Shown in pieces: positions 29,911-58,129 of a DNA stretch of 64,000 bases. Position numbers and translations under genes: made by a program. Numbering within the stretch: the first letter of the stretch is position 1; every line of letters begins with the position of its first letter. The notes beneath the pieces were generated by a model. The model was not told where the DNA came from and did no database searches. It worked only from the letters and a program-made list of their open reading frames with translations. Source of the stretch: Salpingoeca rosetta (lineage: Eukaryota; Protista; Choanoflagellata); NCBI GenBank assembly GCA_033442325.1, contig JAWQFM010000002.1, positions 1,750,307 through 1,814,306 on the forward strand, in the 5' to 3' direction.

Positions 29911-30541
29911 AGACACAGACACACACAAAACTAACCCCATCCTCCCCCCTCTGTGGGCTCTGTAGAGCATCGAGGCGAGCACGGGTCTGCTGCTTGCGGA
30001 ATCGCAACAGAAAGTGGCTGCACACCAAGCTGCCGTCGCATCACTGGCCATCACCCACGATGCAACGGCTCTCGTCAGCTGCGGCGCCGTGAGTTGCCCA
30101 TGCATGGTGGTGGCGATGGTGGTCGCGGTGGTGGCGTAAGAGGCAGTGAACCATGGTGTTCAACGGTTGCAACAAGACAGAAACCTGCACTGCCGCCCTC
30201 ACGCACGCACACACGGGCTGACGTGGCTGTGAATTGTGCACCTTTGAATTGCCAGGACGGGATGCTGCGCGTGTGGGACACGGCGTCGTTTCAGGCAACG
30301 CGGACAGTGGCGGGGTCAGGTGAGACGAAAGCTAGATCATGTGTGGGTGCACACGCACGCACGCACGTATGAATTCCTTGCGCATTTCGTGCCATTTTGT
30401 TAGCTCATTCGATTGTGGCTGATTCACACTTCTGTACACCACACGCCACTGAACAGACACGTTCAACAACGTCGTGCTTGTGCCAAAACTCGTCCTGGAC
30501 CAACCGGTATGATCGTGAGGGTGTGTGTGTGTGTGTGTTTG

Positions 30542-30603
<62 letters not shown>

Positions 30604-31632
30604 TGTGTGTGATGGAGTATTGACGGTACTTTGGGCACGTTCGTCGTGCCTCTGTTCAGAGATGAAAGCCCACAATACAGTGAGTGCATGTTCACATCTT
30701 CACCACACTGTGTGTGTGTGTGTGCTGTGTTTGTGATCATGGCAGGCGCGGCAAGATCCCGTGCGTGTGTTTGGCCGCGAAGTTCGTCCGTTTATCGAGG
30801 TGTGACAGCAGCTCAAACGCCCATTGTAATGCTCATGCATGCGTGCGCATGTGGTCGGCAAGTCATTCCTCATTCCCGCCCCGGCCTCCGACCCATTGCA
30901 TGTCTGTCCAACCCATCTGCCTCACCACATCACACCACTTGACACCACTTGATACCACGTCACATTGTGTGCAGGCAACGACGGCGTCTGAGAAGATGCC
31001 AACTGTGCCCGTCGCCCTGCCGGCCAGAATGCAGGTGCAGCGCCCGTGCTGTGGCTCGTGACTTGAGCACTGTTTTTTTGCCCAACGGCAAAGGTTGTTT
31101 GAAACACACACACACACACATGTACGCATGTCTCGTACACTCTTGCTCACACAACCCTCCTCTCCTCCCCCCGCACACACACACACACACGTGTAGACGT
31201 CCCGCGATGAGCACATGCATGCGGCGGCGCATCGGCACGTGAACGCAACGGGGCGCGGAAGGACACACGCACACGACAGCAGCGACAAAGACGTGGAGAA
31301 CGTCGGTGAGAGTGAGGGCAAGGCTGGCGGGGCCAAGCAGCAAGGTGGCGGGCAAACACAGAAGGCGAAGAAGGGAAAGAAGGGTGGTCACAAGGGCAAG
31401 AGCAACGCTACCAACCAGAGCAAAGGCAATGCTACCACAGACACTGCCAAGGACACCGACACAACCAACACCAGCACCAGCGCGAAAGAGGCAGCACCAG
31501 CGGAACAGACGCAGACGCATGGTGACGGGACACAGTCAAGCAACACAACGAAGCAGGAGGTGAACACGAAGCAACCCCAGAAGAGCAAAACCACAAGCAC
31601 TGACGCCATTGCCCGTGCTCGTCAGGTGTGTG

Positions 31633-31699
<67 letters not shown>

Positions 31700-31927
31700 C
31701 GTTTCAACGCTTTGCTTCCATCACATACTGGCTGTTCGTCCACTCATGCTCACGACTGATGTGTGAATGTTCAGGCGATTGCGGCGGCGCGAGCGAACGG
31801 CGATGGCGATGAGCAGCAGAGCAAACGCGCCAAGTCTGCCGGCGACACCACAGCAACACCCCCGAGCGCAGGGAAGGGCAAGGGAAAGCGGCGACGGAAG
31901 AAGAACAAGGGCAAGGCAGGGAAGTAG
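27653..31927 (+). CDS. WDR18: WD40 repeat protein WDR18/Ipi3 (rixosome/PeLoW complex)
   Basis: Spliced: INVWNQSNGSYLKVF, ASQAEKGAIIFWRWNQDKPVIRIPMSERITGLAC..GGSAQGTLFVWQITTGKLL..AAHYRGISQCSLTSDDSHLVTAGEDGIVRVWS, HKHTLAVSSM, RVFTGGHDRACHIWELSTGELL, DPAETFLYVG, HQAAVASLAITHDATALVSCGADGMLRVWD. Basic low-complexity tail. Confidence 0.88.
30542..30603. repeat. (GAT)n microsatellite, intronic
   Basis: About 20 units within a WDR18 intron. Confidence 0.9.
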
Positions 31928-32412
31928 TGGGGTGGTGCGTAATGGTTGTGATGATCCCGACTTCACATTGTTCTTCATGTGGTAAGTCCGTGTTGTTGAT
32001 TGCATTCATGCCTTTTGTTTGGAAACAGAGCCGTGATTCTATTGTGGCCGAACCAAAACATCCATGCACGAAACCCAATGACAAGACACAATGTCTGCGC
32101 CGGCCACGAGCGACTGTTGACCAGTGCACAGATTGACAGCATCACCATGGACACGCACACACGCACACACGCACACACACATGCAAACAGCCAGCGCAAA
32201 CACACGAGGAGATGATAACTGTGGGAAAGACCAACGAGTGAACAGGACTTACAAAAGACACATACACGCACGCATGCATGGATAGGTGAGGAGAACAGGT
32301 AGGAAGAGGGAAGGGGAGAACAAAGACAGACACGAGCGAACAGCACTTCAAGCGAACAAACAAGGCACACAACAACAAGGCCGGGGGAGGTAAGAATGAA
32401 ACGCTTTTGCGC

Positions 32413-33992
<1,580 letters not shown>

Positions 33993-34605
33993 GGCTGTTG
34001 GTTTGTGTGGCTTCCGGAGTTTCTTCGAATTGGACGCTTGCGAGCGATGTGGGGGAATGGGAAGGAAGCTGCTGCAGGATGGGATGCATGAAGGAGGCCA
34101 GGTAGGCAGGCAGTGTGAGGAAGAGAAGAGGAGACGAGGGTGACATGGAAGGAGGACAGGAAGGTGTGCAAAGCAAAGCAAGCAAGCAAGCAACAGAGGC
34201 GACCCAAACAAACCACACACACACACACACAACAAGAAGGAAGGCGAGCATGGATACAGACACCAGCGGTGGTGGGCGGTTGGCTTCCAGACCTGTTGTC
34301 GTGCTGTTTTGTGTGCGTCTCCTTTTCTCTTTCTTGCCACTCACACAGTCCACACACACACGTCAAGAAGAAGGCAAAAAAAAAATAAGTGGTGAAAAAA
34401 TTGGACATTAAATCACCATCATATCCCACATGCGAGTGGTGCGTGCCTTGTGATTTGAGGCTGATTTAATCTACATCGATGTGCGGTGTTGGCACAGCAC
34501 AACCACAAGCAAGCCAAGCAACCAGGCAGGCAAGCAACCAGCAAACAAGTACACGCACAGGTTGTCATGTCACATCACACCACACAGGCACACACACAAA
34601 CAACG

Positions 34606-45981
<11,376 letters not shown>

Positions 45982-46608
45982 GGTGGCGGTCGTTTACTGT
46001 GTGCTGTGTTGTGCTGTGTTGTACTTGGTATCCTTCGTTTGTGCCCTGTACGAATGCGTACGTTCGTTTGTTTGTGTGCGTATGTTTTGTGTTGTGCGTG
46101 TATGAAGAAAGGAATGCAAGTGAAATGAATGAGCGTTGCAATGATGGGAGGACAGTGGATACTCACCCAGTCAAGTGTGAGAGAGCGCGAGCGGTTGCAA
46201 GGTCTGTGCAGAGAGTGTGTGTGAGAGTTGTGTCGTCTGTTGCTTTGGTGTGGTGTGGTGTGCCCGTTGTTGGACTGGTACGCACACTCAACGACGACAG
46301 GAGGCGGCAAAGGAAACTGGTTTTTTTCGCTGGCCAGCCAGTGCATGTGAGACAATATCGCTGACGTCAGCAACACAGAGGGAGGGACGACATATGACAT
46401 ACGGAAATGTAGTGAACAGCAAGGCGGATACACGCGCACTCCTTCCAAACACACGACTGAGGACACATGTACGTGCTGCAACAGAGAAACAGACAAACAC
46501 AGCCACAACACAGGCATATTCACGCACACACGCATACACACAGACAAACACAGCCACAACACACGCATACACACGCATACGCATACGCATTCGCACGCAC
46601 GCACAGCC

Positions 46609-48257
46609 ATGGGACGAAGACGGGCGCAGTTGGAGAAGCTGCGACGGAAGAAGCGCGGTGAATACAAGAGGAAGATGAAGCTGTTGAAGCAGAATGCACC
46701 CGTGGTGGGTAACAGTGACCAGGACGCCGCCTGCCAAGCGTTTGTGCAGTGGTGCTTGCATCGCGGCATTGAATTCTCGCCCAACGTGGCCATCACCCGC
46801 AAACGTGTCGTGCATGGCCGGGGCATGGTTGCCACTGCCAACATCAAGGCCGGCGAAGTGCTCTTCGAGATCCCTCGCTCAGGTGTGTTTCTGTGTGTAT
46901 CTTTGTGTGTGTGTGTGTGTGTGTGTATCTGTGTGTATAGTGTGTGTGTATGTGTATAGTGTGTATGTGTACCTGTGTGTATGTGTGTGTGAGTGTGTGT
47001 GTGTGTGTATGTGTGTATAGTGTGTGTGTATGTGTGTGAGTGTGTAGTGTGTTTTGTGTGTTTTATGTGTCACGGAGCCCAAGAGACAAGAGGAACTCAC
47101 GTGCACACATCTGCATGGGTGTTCCTGTCAGTGCAATGGATTGTGACGGTGCAAATTGCTGTGAACCGCTTTCCCCGTGTCGCACAACTCGCACACATAC
47201 ACGCACACGTTCACGCACACATGCACACAACTCGCACGCATGCACAACTCGCACACATACACCCACATAAACGCGGTTGTGTTTGATGATCGGCTGCAGC
47301 CATGTTCTCAGAAAAGACGTGCAAGCATGCTGACGTGTTGATGGCCAACTTGGACCATGGCGTACACAGCGTGGAGGAAGACAGTGCCGACTGCCACGAG
47401 GAGGCGGATGCATGCGATGGCGCGTGCAGGACAACCGCCGCATCCAACAGGGAAGACGGGGGCGGAGACCACGGGGGCACCTGCTGCGGCAGCCACGCGA
47501 AGGAGCACAAACCAACCACGGATGAGCAGACCGGAGACATCAAACTCAGCGGATGGTCACCTCTGCTGCTGGCCATGATGCTTGACATGGACGCGGGGGA
47601 GGCGAGCGAGTTTGCGCCGTACTTCAACATCCTTCCCGAGGACGATGAGCTGCACCACCCACACGTGTGGACGGACCGCGAGCGCAGCACGCTGCTCAAG
47701 GACTCGCGGCTGCAGGAGGACGTGGCACGTGACCTCACACTCATGAAACGCGAATACGACACAATCGCCAAGCCGTTTATGATTCGTCACCCAAAGATCT
47801 TTCCTCAGCCAGGTCTGTGTGTGTGCGCGGGTGGGTGTGGGTGTGTGGGGGGGGGGTGCATATGTGTGTATGTGGGTTTCGTGTCTGGTTCATGTCTGTG
47901 TCATTCATGTGTGTTTGTGCATGTGTGTGTCTCCGTGTCTGACTGTTTGCATGTCTGGTTTGTGTGGGTGGGCCGCTCACGTTCACATCACGCATGCCAT
48001 GTTGTGTGTCCACGACAGGCAAGAAGGCGTTTTCATTTCGAAAGTATGCGCAATGCGCAGCGATAGTGATGGGCTACAGCTTCACGGATGAAGAGGATGG
48101 CCGTGTGTGTCTTGTGCCTGTTGCTGATATCCTCAACCACGTCACGGGCAAGAACAACGCTCGCCTCTTCTTCTCCGACAAAACACTGCAGGTTGTGTGT
48201 GTGTCTGCATGCGCATGTATGTGTATGCGCGCGTGTGTGAGTGCGTGTGCGTGTGTA

Positions 48258-48328
<71 letters not shown>

Positions 48329-48922
48329 GTGTTTGCATCTCCATGTGTCAGTTTCCGTCTGCTGGATGCTTATTTGCGTGCGTTTTGTGTCCCATTCACC
48401 GGTCATTCTTTCGTGCGGCACGATTGTGACTGAACATCAGATGCGGAGCATCAAGCGCATCCCTGCTGGCGCCGAGGTGAGGCGTAGGAAACGGTCGAAC
48501 TTGATCTGCTGGATGGTGTTGTGACATAAAAGATGCGCATTCAAATGTGTTCACGCATGTGTTCAATCCACAGCACACGTGCTTGTTCGCTCGACCACTT
48601 TCAGCCCCGTTTCCCACCACTCTAACAAACACACACTCTCTCTCACTCACACGTCACACACACACACACATCACACACGCGCGCGCGCAGATCTTCAACA
48701 CATACGGCGACCTGGACAACCTGCAGCTTGTGCAGCAGCACGGGTTTGCTGAGCCATCGCCGACGCCATGGGAGGAGGTCTCGCTCCATCCGCGCGCGCT
48801 CAAAGCAATCCTGCACCTCACAGACGACCGATTCGCCTTCCTGAAGGAGTGCGTGGAGCCATGCGTGTCGTGTGCACGCTGCTGCTGCTGCTGCTGCTGC
48901 TGTTGTTGTTGTTGTTGTTTAA

Positions 48923-48954
<32 letters not shown>

Positions 48955-48974
48955 AGTTGTTGTTGTTGTTGAAG

Positions 48975-49036
<62 letters not shown>

Positions 49037-50103
49037 ATTGTTGTTGTTGTTATTGTTGTTGTTGTTGGATTTCTTGTTTTTCATTCGCCCGTGTGGCAGC
49101 GGCCCCGTCTGCGTGTACAGTTGTCCATCATACACGCACACGTACTCACGCACACGCACCACACACTCACACACACACTCACTCACTCATGCACATTCAC
49201 TTACACGTGCTGTTTGCACTGCCTCCTCCGCCCCTGGTTGCTTGCACCAGCACCGTGAGCGGCTTGCTCGGAGAAGATGCGCGGCTGCTGGTGGGCATCT
49301 TGGGCGACGCAGCCATGTCGTACCCAAACTGGCTCTTCGCTGCCCTCGTCACCCTCTGCGTCTGTCAGAAGGACAAGGTGTGTGTGTGTGCGTGTGTGTG
49401 TGTGTGTATGTATGTGTGTGTGTGTGTGTACTTCTTGGTTTGCGGTCGTCTGCCACTGCAAGGATGGCTCACGCACCTTACTGCACGTGCTGTTTGCAAG
49501 TGCGAGCCCTTGCGAGAGCACATTGAACAGGTACACGCAGCACAGGCGGAGGCAGACAGCGACGAGGACGAGGCAGAGGAGGAGAAGGAGGAGGAGGACG
49601 AGGCTGTTGAAGGTCAAGTGGAAGCTGCACGTGCTGACGATGGTGCTGAAAAGGGTGAGGAGGCACAGGAGCAAGAGGGGCAAGAGGTACAGGAGCAAGA
49701 GGAGCAGGTGTCCAAGCGCGCGAAGAAAGGTGCCGACGATGGCAATGGCAATGACGATGATGATGACGATGATGATGATGATGGCAACATGGAGGTGGAC
49801 GAGGACGATGATGATGACGATGGTGACGACCAACACGAGGGCAAGACGCTGGCTGAGCAGATGGAAGGGTTTGAGTATGGCGGGATTGAGCTGACAGAGG
49901 CCACACAGATCGCGCTGCATCGGGTGATGAAGCACCAGTCTGAGCTGTATGCGCGGCGAGCAGAGGAGGTCAAGGCGGCAGGCGAGTGTGTGCGGAAGCG
50001 ACGAAAGCTGGCCGCGGCCGTGTTTGAGGCCGGTCAGGCAGTGTGCGCATCCTGGCTCGCGCGCCTGGGTGCCAGCGATGGCGGTGATGCCGAGAAGAGC
50101 TAG
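46609..50103 (+). CDS. SETD6: SET-domain protein lysine methyltransferase, SETD6/Rkm4-like (Rubisco LSMT family)
   Basis: FVQWC..GIEFSPNV..HGRGMVATANIKAGEVLFEIPRS; SGWSPLLLAMM; FAPYFNILP..LHHPHVWT; AAIVMGYSFT..LVPVADILNH..NNARL; MRSIKRIPAGAE/IFNTYGDLDNLQL; acidic insertion near the C-terminus. Confidence 0.88.
48881..49067. repeat. (CTG)n/(TTG)n compound microsatellite, intronic
   Basis: Read directly within a SETD6 intron. Confidence 0.9.
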
Positions 50104-50363
50104 CTGCGCGCGGGAATGTGTGTGTGTGTGTGTGTCTGTCTGTGTGTCTGTATGTATGTATGTATGTATGTATGTGTGTGTGTATGTGTGTGTGTGTGTG
50201 TGTGTCAAGACCACAGTAAACGATGATGACGTCATATCTCAACGGCGACAGTCCTCGCACATTTTGGGCAACGTGCATTGAGACACTTGCACACAACAAA
50301 CAACGCAAGTGCCACTGCTCCGCTTCACCACACACACGCACACGCACACCCGCTGCCTGGCCA

Positions 50364-52748
<2,385 letters not shown>

Positions 52749-52792
52749 CTTCAGTTTCCGCTAGCTTTGTTTGTTGTTGCTGTGTGCTGATC

Positions 52793-53920
52793 ATGGTTGC
52801 GTGTCGCTGCTGGTGTCTTGGGCTTGTGATTGCATTGGCGTGTGTCGCTGTGACCGCCGCCACAAATGTCAACAACAACAACAACAACAACAATGAGGCG
52901 CCGAGCATTGAAGCACGCAACGGGTCGCTGGTGTTCTTGCTGAGCGCCAACGGAGATGCAACGTTCAAGATTGCCAATGCCAACCAAGACAACAACAACG
53001 AAAACAACAACAACAACAACAACGACAACGACAACAGCGGGTATGAAGAGGTGAGCATGCGGGCAATGGCGTCACAGCTGGCAGCGCTCACAACCCAGCT
53101 TACGGAAGAACTGAGCACCGTTCGGTCTCAGGCGGAGAGCCAGGCCCGCGCAGTGACAAGCGCGGCCACGGACGCGCTCAACGCCACGCTGCAAGACGAG
53201 CTGTCACGCCTGCGGTCTGCGCTCGACCACGAGCGGCAGCTGCGCCTGCAGCAGGACACTGCCGCCCAATCCCTGCAAGTGGAGGTGTCTTCCCTGCGCC
53301 AAGAGGCCGCATGGCTCCGCACTAACCTCTCGGACGCCGAGGGTGAGGCTGCTCGCCTCAGCGCAGAAGTTGCGCGCCAGAACACCGCCCTCATCGGTGC
53401 GCTGGAGATGGTCAGCAACGTGCGCGATGAAGCGGAGCAGCGGGACGCCGGACTGGACAGCCGCATCACGGACGTGGTGAACGACATTGGAGACGTGAGC
53501 ATGGCGACGGAGAACGTCCACACGGCCGTGGAAGGCCTGACAACGCAGGTGGACCGCGTGAAGCCGCAGGTGTTGTGGCAGACAAGCTCCGCAAACACGT
53601 ACAGCCTACGCGACATCTTCGACGACCTGCGCAGACAAGGCATGAGCCCTGGCGTGTACGACTGCGTCCTGCGCACCAACAACGAAGCTCATTGGACCGG
53701 CCGTCGCTTCACCATTACCGTCAACTTGTATGTTCGTACGACCAATCCCAACTACCCCCACATCATCAAGGAGTTGATTGACATCAACGCCGGAAGCAGC
53801 GGGTGCAATGGCGGCCTCACGTCCTTCTCCGTGTCCTCGTCCAACACTGCCACCTTCTCCTTCACCCCCGGCAACTGCGTCCAGAAACTCACCCTGGCCT
53901 GCAAGCCACGCTGGATTTGA
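52793..53920 (+). CDS. Intronless secreted protein (375 aa): signal peptide, cubilin-N-like motif, long coiled coil, C-terminal Cys-containing globular domain
   Basis: ATG 52793; hydrophobic N-terminus MVACRCWCLGLVIALACVAVTA; GC-rich codon usage; heptad-rich region ~53055-53560; stop at 53918-53920 followed by the GT tract typical of 3' ends in this window. Confidence 0.8.
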   Translation: MVACRCWCLGLVIALACVAVTAATNVNNNNNNNNEAPSIEARNGSLVFLLSANGDATFKIANANQDNNNENNNNNNNDNDNSGYEEVSMRAMASQLAALTTQLTEELSTVRSQAESQARAVTSAATDALNATLQDELSRLRSALDHERQLRLQQDTAAQSLQVEVSSLRQEAAWLRTNLSDAEGEAARLSAEVARQNTALIGALEMVSNVRDEAEQRDAGLDSRITDVVNDIGDVSMATENVHTAVEGLTTQVDRVKPQVLWQTSSANTYSLRDIFDDLRRQGMSPGVYDCVLRTNNEAHWTGRRFTITVNLYVRTTNPNYPHIIKELIDINAGSSGCNGGLTSFSVSSSNTATFSFTPGNCVQKLTLACKPRWI

Positions 53921-53929
53921 TCTCGGCTC

Positions 53930-53960
<31 letters not shown>

Positions 53961-54462
53961 CTGTGTGTCTGTGTCTGTGTCTGTGTCTGCCTGTGTGAGT
54001 GTGTGTTTGTGCGTCTGTGTGTCTGTGTGAGTGTGTGTTTGTGTCTGTGTGTCTGTGTGTGTCTGTGTGTGTCTGTGTGTGTGTCTGTGTCTGCCTGTGT
54101 TGACATGACTGCTCTTCTGTTGTTTCCTACTTCTTCTTACTTCCTGTTGGTTCCTTCTTGCTCCCTCCTCTTGCTGGCTCCTGCGACTGCTTCCTGTCTC
54201 TTTCATTCCCTGCCTGCCTGCCTGCCTGCTTGCTTGCTTGTTGGCTTTGCTCGTTCCCCTTTGTGGTCGTGCCTCCGTTCTTACCCCTCGCCACACCAGC
54301 GTTACATCTTGCCAGTGCAAACAACAACAACAAAGAAAGGGACCAGAAGCAAAGCAAGCAGCACGCACAGCACGCACAAACAGGACACAAAACACACAAG
54401 CAACAGCAAAGCGACCGACCATCCATCATCCATGTTGTTGTTGTTGGTGACCTGGGATCATC

Positions 54463-56661
54463 ATGGGCCGGAACCGCAGTGCTAACGGCGGTGAGCAGCG
54501 CCGTCGCCGGCCTACTGCAACTGATGCTGCAGCTGATGCTGATGCTGCTGGGGACAAGGGGGACAAGGGGCCATCAACAGCACGCGGTGAACGCGCGCGC
54601 GGCGCTGGTCGTGTGGTGGCGGACGGGTGGCAGGAGCCGAGGAAGAAGAAGCCGCCGCACAAACACCGTGACCGCGGTCACGTCGGTCCAGAGAGTGCCC
54701 GCCAGCCACATCGCCCCCAGAGGTCTCAGCAGCCTCAGAGGCAGCACCCACAGCAGGCAAGGCAACAGCAGGGGCAGCGTGGGGCGTCGCTTGCCAAGCA
54801 CTCAGCGGCAGGGCGGCGGCTGAATCAGGCGAAGGCATCCAAAGCACAGACACTACAAACGAGCCGACATGGGCGGCAACAACACAGCCGCGACACTGAT
54901 GGACAAAGGGCTTCAGGCAGCTGGCACAGCAGCCACAATGGGACAACGACACGAGGCAAGCCCTCACAGAGGGGCACACGGACCACCAACACACATCAGC
55001 TGAAGCAGCAACGCACCAAGACGGCGGAACTGAAGGACCGCCAGCCTCAGAGAACACAACCCCAAACGCGCACCGCATTGTCAGCAGGTAACAGTGCAGC
55101 GCAAGAGTCTCCGGCCAGGTCAGCGCCGAGCAGTGCTCCGCCATCAGAGGCAAAGCTGACTCCGAGGAGGTGGGAGCAGGTGCCATCGGCCCCATCCACA
55201 CGCACGGCCATATCCTCCTCACAACAAGATGAGTTACACCACAAGGTGCAGGCCAAGGCCAAAGCCAAAGCCAAAGGCAAGACGCGACAGCAACAACAAC
55301 AACAACAGCAGCAGCAGCAGCAGCAGCGCAGTCGGCCCATTCCCAAGTCTGGTGCCATCGACGTTGACTTGTCAAGTGAGTGTGTGTGTGTGTGTGTGTG
55401 CGTGTGTGTGTGCTGTGGGTGTGACTGGCTTTCACTCCCTTTGCGGTTTGTTGTGTCTGCGTTCCTATGACATGCTCACACCATCGCTGATGTCCTGCTT
55501 GCGTGTCTAGAGATGCTACGTGTTCTCATATCCCAGTCTTCATCAAAGAAGAAGAAGAAGAAGGCCATGACACTTCATGTGGGCATGGGCCCATCGCCCA
55601 GTTCGCGCACATCCGCCTCTCGCAAGCGTGTCCAGAAGAGCAAGAGCACCACCCCCGGATCAAGCGAACGACACAGGTTGGTGTGTGTGTCTGCGTGTGT
55701 CTGTGTCTGTGTGTGTCTGTGTCTGTGTCTGTGTCTGTGTCTGTGTGTGTGTGTGCGTGTGTGTGTCTGCCTCTCCATGTGCCTGCCTGTCTGGCTGCCG
55801 ACGTGATTCTGTCTCAATCTCTGTCTCTTTATTGTCCTCGCCTTGTCTCCTTGTTTGAATGCATGGCATGCATTCACCCTGGTGCACCGGCTGCTGTTGT
55901 CTTGGCTGCCGCCAACACGTGACCGCAGGGGCAAATTCAACGCACTGGACTCCACAGCGCCGCGCCAGAAGAGGGGCGTGGTGAGTAGGAATCACAACCA
56001 CTTACAGCGCCACACAGCACACGGCCGTATAATGGGATGCAGCTTTGTGTGCTTTGCTTTGCCAACCACGTCCCTCCTCACTCACTCACTCACTCACTCA
56101 CTCACTCACTCACTCACTCACTCACTCACTCACTCACCCACCCACTCACTCACTCACTCATTCACTCACTCATCCCTGTGCAGGTGAAGAGCAGCCAGCG
56201 ACGGAAGCGGCCAACGCGTATCAGGCGCGCCCTCCTCCGCCACCGCGCAGCCGCTGTTGCTGCCACGCTCGAGCAGCTTGCTGCCGACATGGACGCACTG
56301 CGCATTGCTGGTGGTGATGGTGGTGGTGGTGGTGGAGTTGGCGCTGATGCTGATGATGCTGATGCTGTCAAGCGCAAAACAGGGAGCAATGTCCTGGTCA
56401 AGATCAAGGAAGAAGAAGAAGTTGCAGAAGAAGACGAGGAGAAAGCAGAATCCACTGCAACCGCCACCGCCACCAGCAGCAGCATTGCGCGTTCTGCCAG
56501 TGCTTCCGGTGCCACAACGCAACAAGTGGGAACTTCTGACACAGGCCCACCAGCAGCCACAGCGGCGGTAGTGAAGAGCGAGGTGGTCGTGCCATCAGCC
56601 GTCATCAAGGATGAGGACGAGTGCTCGGCACCGGCAATGGCGACGCAGCAGACCAGCAAGC

Positions 56662-56698
<37 letters not shown>

Positions 56699-56902
56699 CA
56701 AGCAGCAGCAACCGGTAGTACGTGACGTTTCTGGCGCACGCTGGCCCATCGTTACGGGTGTGCACAGCAACAAGTTTCGCGAATACTGCACACACGCCCT
56801 CAGCAAGGAGCTGGACAAAACCGTCGCTGCCATGTTCAAGGTGACACGAGATGCTTTGCACTTTATACGTTGCGTGTTGTGCTGTCTGTGTCAGTGTCTG
56901 CG

Positions 56903-56967
<65 letters not shown>

Positions 56968-57699
56968 ATGAATTCCACCTCCATCTGACCTTCTTCACCG
57001 CTGCCACTGTGCTTTTCCTTTCCCACCACCCTCGCATGCATACATGTGTGTTTGCAGAAACTGCTCAAGTTCCAGAAGCGCCAGCAGGGATCGGTGAGCA
57101 AGCCACATCCTAACACGCGCGTTGCTTCGAGTCATTGTCGGCAGTGCGTTAATGTGTGCAGTGCGTTAATGTGTGCAGTGCGTTAATGTGTGCAGCGTGT
57201 TAATGTCGGCAGTGTGTTAACGTCTGCTGCGTGACGAGCTGTTGCGTTTATCGCCATCACCGCTCAAATGTGGGGGAGGGGGTCACTGTCCCTCGCTTGG
57301 CTGTTGCTCACACTTGTGTGGTGCTTGTGGCAGGTGGCGATGAAGAAGCGACTGTGCATGGGGTTTCATGAAGTGCAGATCAAGCTGGATGCCGCAAAGC
57401 CGTCGCTCGTCATCCTCGCGCCAGACATCAAGCGCCACCCAGGCAAAGGTGTGTGATGTGGTGTGGTGTGGTGTGCATTTGGGTGTGGGTGTGGGGGGGG
57501 GGGGGTACGCTGATGTGTGCCGGCGGGACTACTCACCTGTTTATTTGTCTGTCCTTTTCGCGACCTGCTTGTGTGTGTTTGTCTGTCTAAGTATCCATTT
57601 TCAACCCATAAGTCCGTCACCACCCTCCACACACCCCACACCCCTTGCCCAACTTTCCTCTCCTTCAACGTTCCCACCTCCCGCTCCCCCGCTCCCCTC

Positions 57700-57791
<92 letters not shown>

Positions 57792-58129
57792 ACATACACA
57801 CATACACACACACAACACGCGCGCGTGCAGACGGGCTGGATGAGGCGGTTGAGCGGGTGGTGTCGACTGCAGCCCAGCACGAGATTCCCGTCGTGTTTGC
57901 ACTCGGCAAGCGCAAGTTGGCGTATGCACTGAAGCGGACAGGGGACGTGAGTGTCGCCGCTGTGCTGTTCCATGACGGCGCTTGGGACGAGTACAAGCAC
58001 ATCCAACGCCTGCTTCCTGATCTTCAGCAGCAACTCCGGGACAAGCTGGTCGCGGCAGCGGCTGACCCCTTACAGCAACAGCAACAACAACATCATCAGC
58101 AGCAACAGCATCAGCAGCAGACTGAGTAA
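54463..58129 (+). CDS. SECISBP2: SECIS-binding protein 2 (Sec incorporation domain plus L7Ae RNA-binding domain)
   Basis: IDVDLS/KMLRVL, FNALDSTAPRQKRG/..RKRPTRIRRALLRHR, VHSNKFREYCTHALSKELDKTV, LLKFQKR, KKRLCMGFHEV..SLVILAPDI, GLDEAV..IPVVFALGKRKLAYAL..VSVAAVLFHDGA match the SBP2 SID and RBD in order. Confidence 0.9.
57141..57225. repeat. 17-bp intronic tandem repeat GCAGTGCGTTAATGTGT x5 (last two degenerate)
   Basis: Read directly within an SBP2 intron. Confidence 0.85.
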
